A stretch of DNA of 64,000 nt from a virus. Location of the stretch: IMG/VR virus record IMGVR_UViG_3300045988_116708, positions 9,039 through 73,038 of that record; one strand, given 5' to 3'. Under the pieces are notes generated by a model, which saw nothing but the letters and a program-made list of their open reading frames with translations, made no database searches and had not been told where the DNA came from. Every line of letters starts with the position of its first letter. Within the stretch, counting starts at the first letter, position 1. This document shows, in pieces, positions 61,250 to 64,000 of this stretch. A program made the position numbers and the translations under genes.

Positions 61250-61669
61250 ATGAAAAGAGAACCTCTGGATATAAGAGATAGAAGACCGGAAGAAATGGAA
61301 GTATATCTTTCGCATTTTGGATGGCATTTCAACAAGAAAATGTGTGAATTTGCTGTTTCTTTAATGGAATGGAAGGGTCAGAACGGAGAAAAAGAAAAAC
61401 TGCCTGCGATGTCTAAGGACGAGGTGGACGCACTGTTAACTAAATACGGTGTAACTCTTAAAAATAAGATCGGTTATGACTACGTATATGTAGCTAATAT
61501 GTGCAAAGCCGATTTTCTTAAATCATCTGTTCCGAACGAACAGTATCAAGCATTGTATGTAAAAGACACGATTGATGATCCTGACGCACCTGATGGAACA
61601 ACGATGCGAAGATGGTATGTTACAATGATTGCGGCTGGAATACCTATAGAGTGGGACGAAATGCTTTGA
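61250..61669 (+). CDS. Conserved hypothetical protein
   Basis: YLSHFGWHFNKKMCEFAVSLM...YVYVANMCKADFLKSSVP; seen in mobile elements of gut bacteria, from memory only. Confidence 0.6.
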   Translation: MKREPLDIRDRRPEEMEVYLSHFGWHFNKKMCEFAVSLMEWKGQNGEKEKLPAMSKDEVDALLTKYGVTLKNKIGYDYVYVANMCKADFLKSSVPNEQYQALYVKDTIDDPDAPDGTTMRRWYVTMIAAGIPIEWDEML

Positions 61670-61672
61670 TAA

Positions 61673-62107
61673 ATGATAAGGCAACGGTTTATACTATCCA
61701 AATATGACTGGAACTGCATGGTGTATTACGCAGTAGATACGTATTACACGGAAGAAATATTGGATTATATGCACTCTATCGGCTGCGACGGTAATATGCT
61801 CCGTACTGCGTACGATAACATAAACTCCGGCAACCTGAATACCGGAGTTACTTACTCTAATTTCGGCACCCGGGAAACAGTAATGGTTATTGCCCTTACT
61901 TCGTCCCCAAAGGAGTTTGCTAAATCATGGAGGCACGAATGTGGACACATGGCTACCCATATATGTCAGGCCATCGGCATAGATCCGTACGGTGAAGAAA
62001 TACAGTATATCGGTGATGATATTGTTGAAAAGACGTGGGAATATGCAAAGTCATTATTATGTGAGTGTGATTGCTGTAAAAACAAGGTCAAACATTTAAT
62101 ACGTTAA
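61673..62107 (+). CDS. HExxH metallopeptidase-like protein
   Basis: WRHECGHMATH contains HExxH; C-terminal CECDCC cluster. Confidence 0.5.
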   Translation: MIRQRFILSKYDWNCMVYYAVDTYYTEEILDYMHSIGCDGNMLRTAYDNINSGNLNTGVTYSNFGTRETVMVIALTSSPKEFAKSWRHECGHMATHICQAIGIDPYGEEIQYIGDDIVEKTWEYAKSLLCECDCCKNKVKHLIR

Positions 62108-62110
62108 TTC

Positions 62111-62275
62111 ATGAAAAATAAAGAAATTAAGAAAGCATTGAAGAGCGATACTCCTATTAATAGTATGTATGCTCTTATTCCGGGTGGCAGGATGGGCGCT
62201 TTCAAAAAGTTTGCTGCCCGTTTTGGTTTTACTGAAGAACGGATAAAATCAGTTCTTGACAATGAAAAACGATAA
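62111..62275 (+). CDS. Small hypothetical protein (54 aa)
   Basis: Below the track cutoff; MKNKEIKKALKSDTPINSMYALIPGG... Confidence 0.4.
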   Translation: MKNKEIKKALKSDTPINSMYALIPGGRMGAFKKFAARFGFTEERIKSVLDNEKR

Positions 62276-62526
62276 GCTGGACATATTGTTGGAACAAGTC
62301 GATGATCGGTACCATTCCGATTTTTGTAGACTTCTGTTGGTTATGTTATGGAACGCATAGAAAGGTGGTTATATTGGTTGATTCCTCTTGCGATTATTGT
62401 AAGGGTTGTATCTCTATGTTTGTCTCTGGTTATGTAACTGGGGATTTTTTATATTTTGAGTCACTAAGTATAAAATTGCTTTTCGTAGCAGGTAAATTCG
62501 TGTTTGATTTATCCGATTAGGTGTAA

Positions 62527-62551
62527 AAAGGCGGCTTTTTAGGCTGCCTTT
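62527..62551. terminator. Bidirectional terminator at the integrase 3' end
   Basis: AAAGGCGGC-tttttag-GCTGCCTTT with flanking A/T runs. Confidence 0.55.
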
Positions 62552-63800
62552 ATGTTTTCATCAACATTATATCCGCTTTCATCTCGATATACTCTTTATA
62601 TTTGCTTGGATTGTTAATATAATCAATAACCCTATTTATTGCTATTTCTGCTTGTTTAAACCTGGTTTTTGTATAATATCTAACGACACCTCTTCCTTTG
62701 TCTGAATGAGCTAAACAGTAATCTATTATACTGTCCGGTATTCCAAGATCAAAAGCGTATTGAGCAAACGACTTTCTGGCAGAATAAAAGACTACCTTTT
62801 CCTTTATTCCTAGATCCTTTGCTAATGCAGCAAGAGAACGGCATGTGTACCTTGAAAAATTGTGATATGAAAATTTATATCCAAAATCCAGTTTTCTTGT
62901 CTTTTTATCTATCCATCTATCTATTATTATCTTTGCTGGTTCTGTGATTGGAAGCAGACAATGTTGTTCAGTTTCTGTTTTGAGTCTTGTTTTAATTCTG
63001 ACATAATCCACTTTGTCATTAATAAAACGAGTATTCATTATATCTATCAAGTTCATTCCCCCAAGATAGAAAGAAAGCATAAATACATCTCTTGCTACAA
63101 TGTATTTTTTCTCTTTGGGGGTACTTTCCCTTATCATGTTAAGACTTTCCAAAGAAATATCAACTTCTCGAACTGGAGATTTAGGAATTTTCTTGTTCAC
63201 AAATGGATGTATATCATACCTTAAATAACCAGAATTAATGTTTCTGTTAATAACAGCTTTTATTTGGGACATCATCATTCCAATTGTTGTGTTTCCGATG
63301 TTTCTTTTAGTCTTCAAATATCGTGAAAACCCTTCAATCATATTAGGGGTTATATCTGACATAGGTATTTCCCCTCTAGTAAACTCCGTAAAGTATCGAC
63401 AGCTCCTTTCGATTAATACAGCATAGCTTTCTCTCCCTTCTGATTTCAGGTCAGTAATGAAATCGCTACAAGCTTTCTGATAAGTAATATTTTGTTTTCC
63501 TTGTGAATCCAATTCAGACACAAGCATGTCTTTGATTTGCTTACAAGAATAAAGTGATTGATGGTTTATTTCATCTAATTTATTTTGTAAATCATTCATC
63601 ATGCTTCTTAGTTTGGTGTTTATGATTGAAGCGTCAGCTCGTTTGACTACTTGCCCATCTTTGAACTGGGATAGATTGTCTATAATGAAACGTGTTACAA
63701 TGTAACATGTTTCTTGCTTATGACAGACAGCTATTCTTATTTTATGTCTTCCGTCCTTTAAAACCTTTGCCTTGAAAATAGTTAATTTAAGAGTTGCCAT
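62550..63800 (-). CDS. int: Tyrosine recombinase / phage integrase
   Basis: N-terminal arm-binding-type MATLKLTIFKAKVLKDGRHKIRIAV; C-terminal ARKSFAQYAFDLG...CLAHSDKG...RYY; adjacent to a tRNA. Confidence 0.9.
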   Translation of the reverse strand: MATLKLTIFKAKVLKDGRHKIRIAVCHKQETCYIVTRFIIDNLSQFKDGQVVKRADASIINTKLRSMMNDLQNKLDEINHQSLYSCKQIKDMLVSELDSQGKQNITYQKACSDFITDLKSEGRESYAVLIERSCRYFTEFTRGEIPMSDITPNMIEGFSRYLKTKRNIGNTTIGMMMSQIKAVINRNINSGYLRYDIHPFVNKKIPKSPVREVDISLESLNMIRESTPKEKKYIVARDVFMLSFYLGGMNLIDIMNTRFINDKVDYVRIKTRLKTETEQHCLLPITEPAKIIIDRWIDKKTRKLDFGYKFSYHNFSRYTCRSLAALAKDLGIKEKVVFYSARKSFAQYAFDLGIPDSIIDYCLAHSDKGRGVVRYYTKTRFKQAEIAINRVIDYINNPSKYKEYIEMKADIMLMKT

Positions 63801-63818
63801 AATAGATTAAAATTTGAA

Positions 63819-63839
63819 GGATAAGTTTGGGATAAGTTT
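63819..63839. repeat. Tandem direct repeats upstream of int (possible arm-type sites)
   Basis: GGATAAGTTT-G-GGATAAGTTT at 11-bp spacing. Confidence 0.45.
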
Positions 63840-63902
63840 TTCTGTCCATCGGTGGACAATTCCCTCTTTTTTTTAACCTATAAATTGAAGAACTTGTAAA
63901 CG

Positions 63903-63954
63903 AAAGCAGAAACCTAATAGTCTAATTTATATGACTATAAACTGTTTCTGCTTT
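63903..63954. repeat. 11-bp inverted repeat abutting the tRNA 3' end
   Basis: AAAGCAGAAAC ... GTTTCTGCTTT; either the tRNA terminator or part of the att region. Confidence 0.5.
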
Positions 63955-63956
63955 TG

Positions 63957-64000
63957 AGCCGCTAGCCAGACTTGAACTGGCGACCTACGCGTTACGAATG
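63957..64000 (-). tRNA. 3' portion of a tRNA gene (possibly Thr-CGU); likely prophage attachment target
   Basis: Minus strand reads ...TTCGTAACGCGTAGGTC-GCCAG-TTCAAGT-CTGGC-TAGCGGC-T: T-arm and 3' acceptor strand. The rest lies beyond the window. Reading the anticodon as CGT requires one A-C mismatch in the stem. Confidence 0.6.

Noticed and set aside
62302-62520. 72-aa ORF between the last operon gene and the int terminator
   Set aside because: It has an alternative start codon, hydrophobic odd composition and no promoter or coupling. It could be real but is unsupported.
1-64000. Alternative genetic code (stop-codon recoding), as seen in some gut phages
   Set aside because: Long ORFs are intact under the standard code on the expected strand. 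Only one in-frame TAA was seen (21740), and it is best explained as a pseudogene.
1-64000. Two independent prophages in tandem, suggested by the two repressor modules
   Set aside because: There is only one terminase, portal, capsid, tape measure, lysis cassette and integrase set. The second module sits inside the structural region, so a single mosaic prophage is more parsimonious. This cannot be fully excluded without the left flank.

Overview
The window is almost entirely one large, mosaic temperate siphovirus-like prophage of a Bacteroidales-type host. The host call rests on many matches to the Bacteroides -7 promoter box TAnnTTTG, mostly SD-less starts, and DUF4494/DUF4373-type genes. Nearly all genes are on the + strand. 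Layout, left to right: (i) 3' end of a reverse transcriptase gene at the window edge; (ii) early, accessory and replication genes at 0.3-18 kb, including a minus-strand Panacea-type toxin-antitoxin pair, an XRE repressor with operator palindromes, VRR-NUC, a DUF4373 replisome-organizer-like protein, a DUF2829 protein, Dam methylase, MazG-like, YopX and DUF3560; (iii) terminase small and large subunits at 18.2-20.3 kb; (iv) a 5.5 kb insertion holding a second repressor-like module at 20.3-25.8 kb; (v) a head module at 25.9-35.2 kb, whose MuF minor-head protein carries a RelA/SpoT-like C-terminal domain and is followed by an HD alarmone-hydrolase-like gene; (vi) neck and tail genes, a tRNA-like element, a 5 kb accessory island, tape measure and a 2009-aa collagen-containing tail protein at 35.2-54 kb; (vii) holin, amidase and a unimolecular spanin; (viii) an uncharacterised 8-gene operon at 58.6-62.3 kb; (ix) a tyrosine integrase next to the 3' part of a tRNA gene at the right edge. 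The least expected signals are non-coding. These are a family of short hairpins with covarying stems and a conserved loop, mostly in the 5' leaders of late operons; reiterated palindrome-plus-promoter cassettes; three copies of an sRNA-like element; an inverton-like segment; and 11-bp iteron arrays. All functional calls come from motif recognition by eye. No database search was run.
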